Positions 31,946 to 43,238 of a DNA stretch of 64,000 nt are shown here, piece after piece. Source of the stretch: Alphaproteobacteria bacterium (GTDB lineage Bacteria > Pseudomonadota > Alphaproteobacteria > Bin95); NCBI GenBank assembly GCA_964291285.2, contig OZ219786.1:896001-960000 (forward strand), in the 5' to 3' direction. How positions within the stretch are numbered: position 1 is the first letter of the stretch; the number at the start of each line of letters is the position of its first letter. The notes beneath the pieces are model-generated. The model made no database searches. It saw only the letters and a program-made list of their open reading frames with translations, and had not been told where the DNA came from. The translations under genes were made by a program, and so were the position numbers.

Positions 31946-32021
31946 GTACAAATCGAGCGGGTTTCCGCTGTTCCGGTCGAACGGGTAACTTCATTCTCTG
32001 CCGCCCAGGGAGTTTCGCGCC

Positions 32022-33677
32022 ATGATCCGCGCTTTCGCCGTTGCGGTCCTGTTGTCCTTCGCCGCCGCGCTGCCCGCCGGGGCGAAGGACCGGCTGGTCA
32101 TCGGCATGACCCAGTTCCCCTCGACCCTGCATCCGCTGATCGATTCGATGCTGGCGAAGAGCTATGCGCTCGCGATGGGCATGCGTCCTTTCACCGCCTA
32201 CGACCCGGAGTGGCGGCTCGTCTGCATGCTCTGCGTCGAGCTTCCGACCATCGAGAACGGCGGCGCGGTGCGCGAGACGACGTCGGAGGGCAAGGAGGGC
32301 ATCGCAGTCACCTACGCCATCCGCCCCGATGCGCGCTGGGGCGACGGGGCGCCGGTGACGACGAGGGACGTGGCCTTCGCCGTCGAAGTCGGCAAGCACC
32401 CGCAATCGGGCGTCGCCTCGGCGGAACTCTTCCGGCGCATCCTGGAACTGGAAATCCATGACGACCGCCGGTTCACCCTGCATCTGGACCGGGTGACCTT
32501 CGACTACAACGATGTCGGCGTCCTTGTGCTTCCCGCCCATGTCGACCGCGCCAATTTCGACGCGGATCCTGCCGAATACCGGAACCGGACCGCCTTCGAC
32601 GCCGACAGCGCCAATCCCGGCCTCTGGTTCGGGCCTTACCGGGTCGTCCGCGTGGAACCGGGCGCCGCCATCGAGCTGAAGCGCAACCCGACCTGGTGGG
32701 GCAAGCCGGCGGCCTTCGAGACGGTCATCATCCGCATCGTCGAGAACACGGCGGCGCTCGAGGTCAATCTTCGCTCCGGCGCCATAGACTACATCGCCGG
32801 GGAACTCGGCCTCAGCCTGGACCAGGCGGCCGCGATGGAGCAGCGCGAGGGCGACGCCTGGGACTTCTCCTACAAGGCGGGGCTGATCTACGAACATATC
32901 GACCTCAATCTCGACAATCCGGCGCTGGCCGATGTCCGGGTCAGGCGCGCGCTGCTGCACGCCATCGACCGGGAGACGATTTCGAAGCGCCTCTTTTTCG
33001 GCCGGCAGCCGGTGGCGCACGGGCCGGTCAGCCCGCTCGACTGGGTCTATGACCCGGACCTGCGCGAGACGCCGTTCGACCCGGACGCGGCGCGGAGGCT
33101 GCTGGACGAGGCGGGGTGGACCGGTGATGCGCCGGGCGCGCCCCGCCGCAACGCCGCCGGAGAGCCGCTCCGGCTCGAACTCGGCACCACCGCCGGCAAC
33201 CGCTCGCGCGAACTCGTGCAGCAGGTGCTGCAGGCGGCGTGGAAGGATGTCGGCATCGATGTGCGCATCCGCAACCAGCCGGCGCGGGTGTTCTTCGGCG
33301 AGACGGTCTCGAAGCGGCAATTCCCGGGCCTCGCCATGTATGCCTGGCTCTCGTCGCCGGAGAGCGTGCCGCGCTCGACGCTGCACTCCACCATGATCCC
33401 GACGGCGGAGAACAACTGGTCCGGACAGAACTACACCGGCTACCGGAACCCGGATATGGACAGGCTGCTCGACGAAATCGAGGTGGAGCTGGACCGCGGG
33501 AAGCGGCGCGCGCTCTGGGCGGAGCTCCAGGCCGCCTATGCGCGCGACCTGCCGGTGCTGCCGCTCTATTTCCGCGCCACGCCCTATGTCTTTCCGAAGT
33601 GGCTGAAGGGCGTGACGCCGACGGGGCACCAGTATCCGACCACGCTCTGGATCGAGGAGTGGCGCGCGGAGGAATGA
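32022..33677 (+). CDS. Peptide/nickel ABC substrate-binding protein (family 5)
   Basis: Signal peptide, WGDGAPVT..DV, DVRVRRAL. Confidence 0.93.
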   Translation: MIRAFAVAVLLSFAAALPAGAKDRLVIGMTQFPSTLHPLIDSMLAKSYALAMGMRPFTAYDPEWRLVCMLCVELPTIENGGAVRETTSEGKEGIAVTYAIRPDARWGDGAPVTTRDVAFAVEVGKHPQSGVASAELFRRILELEIHDDRRFTLHLDRVTFDYNDVGVLVLPAHVDRANFDADPAEYRNRTAFDADSANPGLWFGPYRVVRVEPGAAIELKRNPTWWGKPAAFETVIIRIVENTAALEVNLRSGAIDYIAGELGLSLDQAAAMEQREGDAWDFSYKAGLIYEHIDLNLDNPALADVRVRRALLHAIDRETISKRLFFGRQPVAHGPVSPLDWVYDPDLRETPFDPDAARRLLDEAGWTGDAPGAPRRNAAGEPLRLELGTTAGNRSRELVQQVLQAAWKDVGIDVRIRNQPARVFFGETVSKRQFPGLAMYAWLSSPESVPRSTLHSTMIPTAENNWSGQNYTGYRNPDMDRLLDEIEVELDRGKRRALWAELQAAYARDLPVLPLYFRATPYVFPKWLKGVTPTGHQYPTTLWIEEWRAEE

Positions 33678-34636
33678 GCCGTTTTCTCGCCGGCCGCCTG
33701 TTGCAGGCGGCCATCGTTCTGGCCGTCATGTCCTTCATCGTCTATGGGCTGATCGGCCTGATGCCGGGCGACCCGATCGACGCCATGATCGCGGCCGACC
33801 CGGAATTGACCTCGGAGGACACCGAACGGCTGAAGGCGCTTTACGGCCTCGACCGCCCGGTCTGGGAGCGCTACCTCGCCTGGGCAGGCCAGGCGCTTGG
33901 CGGCGATTTCGGCCACAGCCGCATCTACCACCGCCCGGCGCTCGACCTGCTGGCGGAGCGGCTGCCGCACACCGCGCTGCTGATGGGGCTCGCCTTCGCA
34001 CTCTCGGTCGCGATTGCGCTGCCGACCGGCATTTTCGCCGCGCTCAAGGCTAACCGCTTCGCTGACTACGCCGTCAACTTCCTCTGCTTCGCGGGCATTT
34101 CCACGCCGCCCTTCTGGCTTGCGATCATGGCGATGCTGCTCTTCTCGGTCACGCTCGGCTGGCTGCCGGCGACAGGCTATCCCGCGGCGGGCGACGCGGG
34201 CTGGCTGGAGCGGCTGCGCCATCTGGTGCTGCCGGTCGCGGTTCTGGGGCTGCTCTCGGCCGGCGGCATCACGCGCTATGTCCGCGCCTCCATGCGCGAG
34301 GCGCTGCGCCAGGACTATGTGCGCACCGCGCGCGCCAAGGGCCTCTCGCGCGCCGCCGTCCTGCGCCGCCACGTGCTGCGCAACGCGATGATCCCGGTGG
34401 TGACGATCCTCGCTCTCGACATGGGCGCGCTCTTCTCCGGCGCGCTCATCACCGAGATCATGTTCGGTTATCCCGGCATGGGCGCGCTCATCTACAACGC
34501 CGTGATGGCGAACGATTACAACCTCGCGCTCGTCGGCCTCCTGTTCGCGACCTTCACGACGCTCGCCGCGAATATCGCCGCGGACGGCGCCTATGTGGCG
34601 CTCGATCCGCGCATCGCGTTCCGGGCCGGGGCATGA
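33674..34636 (+). CDS. Peptide ABC permease (DppB/OppB-like)
   Basis: PGDP, GLDRP, YVRTARAKG, LDPRI. Confidence 0.94.
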   Translation: MSRFLAGRLLQAAIVLAVMSFIVYGLIGLMPGDPIDAMIAADPELTSEDTERLKALYGLDRPVWERYLAWAGQALGGDFGHSRIYHRPALDLLAERLPHTALLMGLAFALSVAIALPTGIFAALKANRFADYAVNFLCFAGISTPPFWLAIMAMLLFSVTLGWLPATGYPAAGDAGWLERLRHLVLPVAVLGLLSAGGITRYVRASMREALRQDYVRTARAKGLSRAAVLRRHVLRNAMIPVVTILALDMGALFSGALITEIMFGYPGMGALIYNAVMANDYNLALVGLLFATFTTLAANIAADGAYVALDPRIAFRAGA

Positions 34637-35505
34637 GCCCGGCCGCGCTTGCATGGCTGCGCTTCCGCCGCCACAGGGCGGGCCTCGCCGGCGCGGTCTT
34701 CCTGCTGCTGCTGGCCGCCGCCGCCTGGTCCGCGCCGCTCATCGAGGCGGCGCTCGGCATCGACGCCGAGTCGGTGGACCTGTTCTCCCGCTATGCGCCG
34801 CCGTCGGCGGCGCACCCGCTGGGGGCCGACGATCTCGGGCGGGACCTGCTGGCGCGGCTGCTCCGGGGCGGGCAGGTCTCGCTCTCGGTCGGTCTTGCCG
34901 CCGCCTTCATCGCCGCGCTCATCGGCACCGGCCTCGGCCTGCTGGCCGGCTATCGCGGCGGCGCGTTCGACACCGCGCTCATGCGGCTGACGGACGGCGT
35001 GATCGCACTGCCGCTCCTGCCGCTGCTGATCGTGCTGGCGGCTATCGATCCCGCAAAGCTCGGCCTCGACGACGGCACGGACGCCAGCCTCTTCCGCGTC
35101 ATCGCCATCGTGGCGCTGGTCGGCTGGACGACGGTAGCCCGGCTGGTGCGCGCCGCCGCGCTCGCCGCCCGCGCCCAAGACTATGTGCGGGCGGCGCGGG
35201 CCCTGGGCGCCGGGAGCGGGCGCATCGCGCTCCGGCATATCCTCCCCAATGTCGCCTCGCCGATCCTGGTGGCGACGACGCTCTCGGTTGGGAACATCAT
35301 CCTGTTCGAAAGCGTCCTCTCCTTTCTCGGGCTCGGCATCCAGCCGCCGGCCGCAAGCTGGGGCAACATGCTCGCCCACGCCCAGGAGACGATCTGGCAG
35401 GCCCCGCGCCTCGCCGTCTGGCCGGGCCTGCTGATCTTCGCGACGGTGATCGCCTTCAACTTCCTCGGCGACGCCCTCCAGGACGCGCTCGACCCGAGGT
35501 CCTGA
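34633..35505 (+). CDS. Peptide ABC permease (DppC/OppC-like)
   Basis: HPLGADDLGRD, HILPN, LSFLGLG, GDALQDALDPR. Confidence 0.94.
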   Translation: MSPAALAWLRFRRHRAGLAGAVFLLLLAAAAWSAPLIEAALGIDAESVDLFSRYAPPSAAHPLGADDLGRDLLARLLRGGQVSLSVGLAAAFIAALIGTGLGLLAGYRGGAFDTALMRLTDGVIALPLLPLLIVLAAIDPAKLGLDDGTDASLFRVIAIVALVGWTTVARLVRAAALAARAQDYVRAARALGAGSGRIALRHILPNVASPILVATTLSVGNIILFESVLSFLGLGIQPPAASWGNMLAHAQETIWQAPRLAVWPGLLIFATVIAFNFLGDALQDALDPRS

Positions 35506-35512
35506 GGCGCGG

Positions 35513-36595
<1,083 letters not shown>

Positions 36596-36665
36596 ATGTT
36601 CGCTCCCCGCTCGCCCGGAGGCCGTTTTTTGCCCCCGCTCCATTCACTGGCCAATTGCATAGAGG

Positions 36666-36680
36666 GAATATTTCAGGAAC
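36666..36680 (-). promoter_or_regulatory. Alphaproteobacterial-type LexA (SOS) box
   Basis: Minus strand GTTC-N7-ATTC (one mismatch to GTTC-N7-GTTC), about 70 bp upstream of recA. Confidence 0.65.
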
Positions 36681-36717
36681 ACAAGAGAAAATTTCGTGAT
36701 CCTGCAATTCCGGCCGT

Positions 36718-37260
36718 TCAGGCTCCGAACCAGATCGTGGCGCGGGCGATGACGAGGCGAAGCGCAAGGTCGAGCAGTACGATGGCAACGGCGGGGAAAT
36801 GCTTGATCCCGAGGCCGTGGCGGGCGAGGCGCCACTTGAACAGCAGGATCCAGAACCAGGCCGCCATGAACAGCATGGCCGAGATGGGCTCCGGCAGGAA
36901 GCCTGCGGCATTCACCAGCACGACAAGGGTGAAGACCGCGCTTTGCAGCAGGTTCGCCCAGTTGGTGGCGATGATGAACCGCCAGTAGTGCGGGAAGGCC
37001 AGCATGCGCTCGGCTACAAAGACCATGATGAGCGGGAAGGCGGTCCAGGTACAGATGTAGCCGACGATGTCCGCCGCGATGAGCTTGCCCGTCATCTCGA
37101 AACCGTGCGGCACCATGGCCAGCATCAGCAGGGACAGCGGAAATGCCACAACGGCCGCGCGGAACGAGCGCCAGAAATCGCCGAGCGCCGAAACCGGCCC
37201 CGTGTTCCCGCCCGCCAGCGCCAGTGCGGCGGCGCAGCCCGTCCGAATTTCCCCGAGCAT
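36718..37260 (-). CDS. Hypothetical integral membrane protein
   Basis: About 5 hydrophobic segments, FWRSF and NW motifs. Confidence 0.7.
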   Translation of the reverse strand: MLGEIRTGCAAALALAGGNTGPVSALGDFWRSFRAAVVAFPLSLLMLAMVPHGFEMTGKLIAADIVGYICTWTAFPLIMVFVAERMLAFPHYWRFIIATNWANLLQSAVFTLVVLVNAAGFLPEPISAMLFMAAWFWILLFKWRLARHGLGIKHFPAVAIVLLDLALRLVIARATIWFGA

Positions 37261-37359
37261 CCGAAACGCTCTCCCGAGCGGTGTGCCGACTAAAACCTAT
37301 TATGGACATTGATGCCGCATCGATACATCACCCTTAGGTCATCCTGCGGCAGAGGCGCC

Positions 37360-37495
37360 ATAACGGAGGATGACGGCAGGAAAAAGCCGCGCTCGGTGAC
37401 GGCCACCGACAGCGACTGGCGCCTGATCCGCACGCGCGCGCAAAACCCGGCAGGTCGGTCCCGGACCTCACTCGTCGAACGCGGGCTCGCCGCCC
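37360..37495 (+). pseudogene. Ribbon-helix-helix (CopG/MobC-like) fragment
   Basis: KKPRSVTATDSDWRLIRTRA...SLVERGLA; begins at ATA rather than ATG. Confidence 0.45.
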
Positions 37496-37581
37496 TCCAC
37501 TACGAGCGCGAGGACTTCGACGGAGGGTGGCGTGGAGTTCGTCAAGAGTTTCGCCCTGCGTGGCGGGCACCGGCCAGACTG

Positions 37582-37659
37582 GAGATGTGGCCGGTCGGCT
37601 ATCTGGGCCGGCGCGGCTACCAGGTGGTGCGCACCCGCGACGGCCGCCGCGCGGCCTGA
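37582..37659 (+). pseudogene. narI: 3' end of a respiratory nitrate reductase gamma subunit-like gene
   Basis: WPVGYLGRRGYQVVRTR resembles the NarI C-terminal PV.YL.R..YQ.VR motif. Confidence 0.6.
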
Positions 37660-37665
37660 CCGCCC

Positions 37666-37825
37666 ATGGCCGAGATCCGCGTCAACGACCGCTGCATCGA
37701 CGAAGACGCCGTCCTGCGCGAGATGCAGTACCACCCGGCGGAGAACGCCGGCGCGGCGCGCGGCGGCCGAATGGCTGGTGATCCGGGCGCTGCTTCTGGC
37801 CCGCGCCGAGGCCATCGGCATAGAC
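37666..37825 (+). pseudogene. Frameshifted N-terminus of a nar-associated PpiC-type peptidylprolyl isomerase
   Basis: MAEIRVND..IDEDAVLREMQYHPA continues in another frame as AAEWLVIRALLLARAEAIGI. Confidence 0.6.
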
Positions 37826-38010
37826 ATGGCTGCCGCAACGACGCCGCTGGTGCAGTAAGTCCGGGTTCTACGGCTACGGCATGCACACATCTCCCGCACC
37901 TTGCGGGGCCGACTGTCCGACATAGCGTCTTTTTTCTCCCGAAAACCTGCAATCGCGGAACGGGCCGAAACTCCCGGCTCCCCGGCCGCAACCGGAACCG
38001 GAAGAAGGAC

Positions 38011-38070
38011 ATGCCCGGGATTGCCCTGACTGCGGCCCGCATCGAGGCGCTCAGGCCCCGCAAGGCGGTG
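38011..38070 (+). pseudogene. N-terminal stub of a tyrosine integrase arm-binding domain
   Basis: AAGGA RBS plus MPGIALTAARIEALRPRKA; similarity is lost afterwards. Confidence 0.4.
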
Positions 38071-38249
38071 GCGGGGAATCGTGCTTCAGGGCCGATACCG
38101 GGATGCACAATGCAGGACTCATGCTGTTACGCCCCCTCCCGCTCGGCGGAGGGCCCCCGGCGTAACAGGCCTTTGCCGGGCTTCCCCCGCCGCCGCGCTG
38201 GATGCGGCATCCGTTCAGGTTGAAACGGCTTCGCCCGTGAAGCCTCAAT

Positions 38250-38348
38250 CGTCACCCCGGACGGCGCGTCAGCAACGATCCGGGGTCCATCTCCCGGCCT
38301 TTCCGCCAGATCGAAACGGTTGTGGATGGGGCCCGGACGGTCCCGGGC
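38250..38348. repeat. Degenerate family B REP pair
   Basis: CGTCACCCCGGA-long loop-GATCCGGGGTCCATC plus a decayed partner arm. Confidence 0.65.
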
Positions 38349-38357
38349 GTCGGGCGG

Positions 38358-40715
38358 TCACCGGTCGCCCGGATCGGGCATGCGGTATCCGACGCCGCGC
38401 TCGTTGAAGATCCAGGCCGGGTGCTGGGCGTCCTCGCCGAGCTTGCGGCGCAGGTTGCGCACGAAGATGCGGACCAGGTTCGGGCCGGCATGCTCCCGCC
38501 CGGCCCAGACCTGGCGGAGCAGCATGTCGTAAGGGACTACCCGTCCGGCATTGAGCGAGAGTACCCGCAGGAGCGCATACTCGGTCGCGGTGAGGTCCGC
38601 CGCGCGCCCTGCCACCGTGACGCGGCGGCTCTCGTAGTCGACCGCGAGGTCGCCCAGCACGAACGGGGCCGGGCGCTCGCGCTTTCTCAGCGCCGCCCGC
38701 ACCCGCGCGGTGAGCTCGGTCGGCGAGAAGGGCTTGACGATGTAGTCCGCGGCGCCGGCGTCGAGCGCCCGCGCGACGGTCTCGTCGCGGCCATAGACGG
38801 AGATGAAGATGACCGGCAGGTCGGAGAGCTCGGGGATCCGGGTCATCAGTTCGACGCCGTCGGCGCCGGGCAGCGCCAGGTCGAGCAGGACGAGCGCCGG
38901 CTTCTCCGCGCGGATGATGCGTGCGAGCTCGTGATGGTCACCCGTAACCAGGGGCGCGTAGCCCTTGGCCGAAAGCGCGTCGCGCACGAAGCGCAGCGTG
39001 CGCGGGTCGTCGTCGACCACGAGGATGCGGACGGGCTCGGCGGCGTCGCGGGGCGGGCGCGACGGTCCCGGGGCGGCACCGGGCGCCTCGCCGCCGGTGT
39101 CCTCGGCCATCGGCACGGTGAAGACGATGGTCGTGCCCTGGCCGGGGCCGGCGCTCTCGGCCCGGATGCGTCCGCCATGCGCCTCCACCAGCCCCTTGCA
39201 GATCGCGAGGCCTAGGCTGTGGCCCGGCGTCTTGCCCTCCGGTCCGCCGCCTTCGGGGGCGATGTGCTTGCGGAACAGATGCGCCAGCCGCTCCGGCGCC
39301 AGGCCCCGGCCCTCGTCGGAGACCGAGATCGCGACATGGGCGCCCTCCTGCACCGCCGAGAGCCGGATGGCGGACGATTCCGGAGCGTTCCGCGCAGCGT
39401 TGGAGAGCAGGTTGTTCAGCACCTGCACGATGCGCCGCCGGTCGGCCATCGCCCGTGGAAGGCCCGGCGGAAGGTCGATGACGACACCGTGCCGCGCGCC
39501 GCCGCTCAGAAACGTGTTCCGCGCGCGCTCCATCAGGTCGGCCACCTCCGAGGGCTCGGGCGCGACCGAGAGCGTGCCGGCCTCGATACGCCCGGCATCG
39601 AGCAGGTCGCCGATCAGGCCGCGCATGTGGTCGGCCTGCTCGATGATGAGGCGGTGGAACTCGCGCATCTCGGCCGGGTCGAGCGCCGGCGTCTCCTCCA
39701 TCAGCGTCACCGCCGAGCCCTTGATGGCGGCCAGCGGCTCGCGCAACTCGTGGCTCACCAGGCCCAGGAACTCGGTCCGCATGCGCTCGATCTCGTCCAG
39801 CGGCGCGAGGTCCTGGGCGGTCACCACAACCGAGCCAATGGCGTCCCCTTCGGCGGGGATCGGGGTGGCGTTGACCAGCGCCCTGACGCTGCGCCCGTCC
39901 GGCACCGAGAGCACCATCTCCTCGACGCGCACCGTCTCGCCGCTGGTGAGCTGCTGCGCGATGGGGATCTCGCTCAGGGACACCTCGCTCCCGTCGGCGC
40001 GCCGGAAGGACATCACCTCCAGGAGTTGTTCGAGCGGACGGCCGGGCATGCGCAGTCTCTCCACGATCCGCCGCATCTCGCGGTTCAGAGACGCCGCCCG
40101 GCCGCGCTTCACATCGAAGACCACGACGCCCACCGGCGAGGTCTCGACCAAGGCCTCGAGATCGGCCCGCGCGCGCTGCTCGGCGCGGTGCGCGCGCGCG
40201 TTGGCGATCGTTGCCGCGGCCTGGGAGGCGAACAGCGTCAGCACTTCCTCGTCCCCGGCGGTGAACGCTTCGCCGTCGGCCTTCTCGGCGAGGAAGAAGC
40301 TGCCGGCCTCCAGGCCCCGGTGGCGCATCGGCATGCCCAGGAAGGTCCGGGAGATCGTCCAGGCAGCCTCGATGCCGAGCGCGCGGACATAGCCCGGGAA
40401 GTCGGCCACCCGCACCGGCTCCGGCCGGGTGCGCAGATGCTCGAACAGGCGGGCATTGCCGGGCCAGGCGAGCTGTTCGCGCTCCTCCTTCGGCGTGAGC
40501 CCCGAGAATATCGGCAACTGGGGCACGCCCTCCTCGTCGAGGACGACGATGACGCCGTAGCGGGCGCCGGTCAGCGCGCGGGCACTCTCCAGCGCCTCGT
40601 CGAGCACGGTGTCGAGGTCCAGGGTGGCGTTGATGCGCAGGATAGCCGCGTTCAGGGCGGAGATGGCCCCGCGCAGCGCCTCATTCTCCCGCCTCAGCTC
40701 GTCGGACTGCGTCAC
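38358..40715 (-). CDS. Cytoplasmic hybrid kinase/regulator: GAF-PAS-HisKA-HATPase-REC-OmpR-type wHTH
   Basis: LDLDTVL...FTAGDEEVL (GAF), SHELREPL, NLLSNA, LGLAICK, ILVVDDD, LLDLALPGADG, LTATEYALL, RGVGYR. Confidence 0.92.
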   Translation of the reverse strand: MTQSDELRRENEALRGAISALNAAILRINATLDLDTVLDEALESARALTGARYGVIVVLDEEGVPQLPIFSGLTPKEEREQLAWPGNARLFEHLRTRPEPVRVADFPGYVRALGIEAAWTISRTFLGMPMRHRGLEAGSFFLAEKADGEAFTAGDEEVLTLFASQAAATIANARAHRAEQRARADLEALVETSPVGVVVFDVKRGRAASLNREMRRIVERLRMPGRPLEQLLEVMSFRRADGSEVSLSEIPIAQQLTSGETVRVEEMVLSVPDGRSVRALVNATPIPAEGDAIGSVVVTAQDLAPLDEIERMRTEFLGLVSHELREPLAAIKGSAVTLMEETPALDPAEMREFHRLIIEQADHMRGLIGDLLDAGRIEAGTLSVAPEPSEVADLMERARNTFLSGGARHGVVIDLPPGLPRAMADRRRIVQVLNNLLSNAARNAPESSAIRLSAVQEGAHVAISVSDEGRGLAPERLAHLFRKHIAPEGGGPEGKTPGHSLGLAICKGLVEAHGGRIRAESAGPGQGTTIVFTVPMAEDTGGEAPGAAPGPSRPPRDAAEPVRILVVDDDPRTLRFVRDALSAKGYAPLVTGDHHELARIIRAEKPALVLLDLALPGADGVELMTRIPELSDLPVIFISVYGRDETVARALDAGAADYIVKPFSPTELTARVRAALRKRERPAPFVLGDLAVDYESRRVTVAGRAADLTATEYALLRVLSLNAGRVVPYDMLLRQVWAGREHAGPNLVRIFVRNLRRKLGEDAQHPAWIFNERGVGYRMPDPGDR

Positions 40716-41082
40716 GGCTTCTCTCTATTCGAATTCTGTATGTCGTGGGCAAAATTAGCACGTGTTTATCGAAACGACATCGTAAATCTGTAATTCCACA
40801 CGAACATTTAATACATGATGTGCTTGGTATCGGCAAAACTGCAACTATGCGGCTCGACGAAGCGGAAGGCTGACGACCGGGGCGTACCGCTCGGGACCCC
40901 GGACCGGCGCGGTTTTTTTGGGCGAGCGACAGCTCTCGAACGCAAAAGCCGGGGATTGCGGTGGTGATACTCCGGTCGGGTCTCATGGGGCGCCAGGCGG
41001 CGGCATCGACGGGCGCGGACCTCGGCCTCGCCGCCGAACGCGCGCTGGCCCTCGACGCCCGCCTGCGCCCGTAGGAGCCGCT

Positions 41083-41124
41083 CCCTTCGATACGCCTCCC
41101 TCCGGTCGGCTACTCAGGATAAGG
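41083..41124. repeat. Family C REP downstream of dapE
   Basis: CCCTTCGATACGCC...GCTACTCAGGATAAGG is the reverse complement of 11711-11753. Confidence 0.75.
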
Positions 41125-41147
41125 GCAGGAGAGAAGCACGAGCGGTG

Positions 41148-42281
41148 TCAGGAGAGGAAATAGCCCGCGAGTATCTTCTCGTAAACGCGCGTCAGGTTCT
41201 CGAGATCCTCGATCTCCAGATATTCGTCCACCTTGTGGGCCGTCTCGCTCACAAGGCCGAGCTCGACCACCGGGCAGTAGTCCTTGATGAAGCGCGCATC
41301 CGACGTGCCGCCCGAAGTGGAGAGTTCCGGCGTCCGGCCCGTGACTTCGCGCATTGCCTCCGCCGCAAGGTCCACCAGCGGTCCCGGCGGCGTGAGGAAG
41401 GATTCGCCGCTGACCGAGACCTCCAGCCCGTAGGCGTGGCCCTGCCGGTCCAGCGCTTGGCGCAGCCGTTCTTCCAGCCCGGCGCCCGTATGCAGGTCGT
41501 TGAAGCGGATGTTGAAACGCGCCTCGGCGCGGGCCGGGATCAGGTTCGTGGTCGGGTTGCCGACATCGACGCTGGTGACCTGGAGCGACGACGGCTGGAA
41601 ATGCGCCGTGCCCCGGTCGAGCGGCGTCGAAGCGAGGCCGTGCGTCATTTCGAGCAGCGGATGGACGGGATTGTCGGCAAGGTCGGGATAGGCGGCGTGA
41701 CCCTGCACGCCTTCCACGACAAGGTGCGCATTGAGCGAGCCCCGCCGGCCGATCTTGATCATCTCGCCGAAGTGCGCGGGATTGGTCGGCTCGCCGACGA
41801 CGCAGGCGTCGATGCGCTCGCCGCGCGCCGCCAGCCGCTCCAGCATCGGCCGGGTGCCGTTGACCGCCGGCCCCTCCTCGTCGCCGGTGATGAGCAGCGC
41901 GATGGAGCCGGGAACCGGGCCGAGGCGTGAAACGGCGGTGACGAATGCCGCGATCGCCCCCTTCATGTCCACCGCGCCGCGCCCGGTGAGCCGCCCATCG
42001 GCGACCGTCGCCGAGAAGGGCGGCATGCTCCAGTCGGCGGGATCGCCCACGGGCACCACATCGGTGTGCCCGGCGAAGCAGAACAGCGGCCCCTCGCTGC
42101 CGCGCCGGGCGTAGAGATTGTCCACATCCGGCGTGCCGGGCGCGCTGAACGGCATGCGCTCGCAGGCGAAGCCGAGCGGCCGGAGCGCCGCTTCCAGCAC
42201 ATCCAGCGCACCCTCGTCGGCCGGCGTGACGCTCGGGCAGCGGATGAGGGCGCGGGCGAGGTCGAGGGCGCCCGCGGACAT
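41148..42281 (-). CDS. dapE: Succinyl-diaminopimelate desuccinylase
   Basis: [40 protein letters not shown]. Confidence 0.97.
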   Translation of the reverse strand: MSAGALDLARALIRCPSVTPADEGALDVLEAALRPLGFACERMPFSAPGTPDVDNLYARRGSEGPLFCFAGHTDVVPVGDPADWSMPPFSATVADGRLTGRGAVDMKGAIAAFVTAVSRLGPVPGSIALLITGDEEGPAVNGTRPMLERLAARGERIDACVVGEPTNPAHFGEMIKIGRRGSLNAHLVVEGVQGHAAYPDLADNPVHPLLEMTHGLASTPLDRGTAHFQPSSLQVTSVDVGNPTTNLIPARAEARFNIRFNDLHTGAGLEERLRQALDRQGHAYGLEVSVSGESFLTPPGPLVDLAAEAMREVTGRTPELSTSGGTSDARFIKDYCPVVELGLVSETAHKVDEYLEIEDLENLTRVYEKILAGYFLS

Positions 42282-43123
42282 CAGTCGCGCAGCAGGTCGT
42301 TGATCGCCGTCTTGGCGCGGGTCTGCGCGTCCACGGTCTTGACGATGACGGCGCAGGAGAGGTTCGGCCCCGGGCTGCCGTCCGGCAGCGGCCGGCCCGG
42401 CAGGCTTCCAGGCACGACCACCGCATAGGGCGGCACGCGGCCTGTATGCACCTCGCCGGTATCGCGGTTCACGATCTTGGTGGTGGCGGAAATGAAGGTG
42501 CCCATGGCAAGCACCGCGCCTTCGCCGACGATCACGCCTTCCACCACCTCGCTGCGCGCGCCGATGAAGCAGTTGTCCTCGACGATCACCGGCTCGGCCT
42601 GGAGCGGCTCCAGCACGCCGCCGAGCCCGACGCCGCCGGAAATGTGGCAGTCGGCGCCGACCTGCGCGCAGGAGCCGACCGTGGACCAGGTGTCGATCAT
42701 GGTGTTTTCGCCGACCCGGGCGCCGACGTTGACGAAGCAGGGCATCAGCACGGCGCCGGGCGCGACGTAGGCGGAGTGCCGGACCGCGCAGTTGGGCACG
42801 GCGCGGAAGCCGGCCTCGGCGAAGCGCGCCGCGTCCCAGCCTTCGAACTTGGAAGGCACCTTGTCGTACCAGGACGCCCCGTCGGGACCACCGGCGACCG
42901 GGGCGGAATCGACGAGCCGGAAGGAGAGCAGCACCGCCTTCTTGCACCATTGGTTGACATGCCACGCGCCATCCACCTTCTCGGCGACCCGCACCTCGCC
43001 CCGGTCGAGCGCGTCGAGCGCCGCCTCTATGGCCTCGCGCGCCTCGCCCTTCGTGTCCGGCCCGATGGCGGCGCGATCCTCCCAGGCGCGGTCGATTGCG
43101 GCCTGCATGGTCCCGTCGGACAT
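42281..43123 (-). CDS. dapD: Tetrahydrodipicolinate N-succinyltransferase
   Basis: [34 protein letters not shown]. Confidence 0.98.
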   Translation of the reverse strand: MSDGTMQAAIDRAWEDRAAIGPDTKGEAREAIEAALDALDRGEVRVAEKVDGAWHVNQWCKKAVLLSFRLVDSAPVAGGPDGASWYDKVPSKFEGWDAARFAEAGFRAVPNCAVRHSAYVAPGAVLMPCFVNVGARVGENTMIDTWSTVGSCAQVGADCHISGGVGLGGVLEPLQAEPVIVEDNCFIGARSEVVEGVIVGEGAVLAMGTFISATTKIVNRDTGEVHTGRVPPYAVVVPGSLPGRPLPDGSPGPNLSCAVIVKTVDAQTRAKTAINDLLRD

Positions 43124-43238
43124 GGATAGTCCCCTCCCCGGAAAAGGCCCCGGACCATTCCCGAACCGGCCTGTCCTGTCAATGCGCCGGGATCGTGCTC
43201 TATAGTGCGGGAAACGCTGCGGAGACCGGGAGTCCTCC

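Noticed and set aside
37830-38010. tRNA or att site next to the integrase stub
   Set aside because: No T-loop/CCA cloverleaf was recognised.
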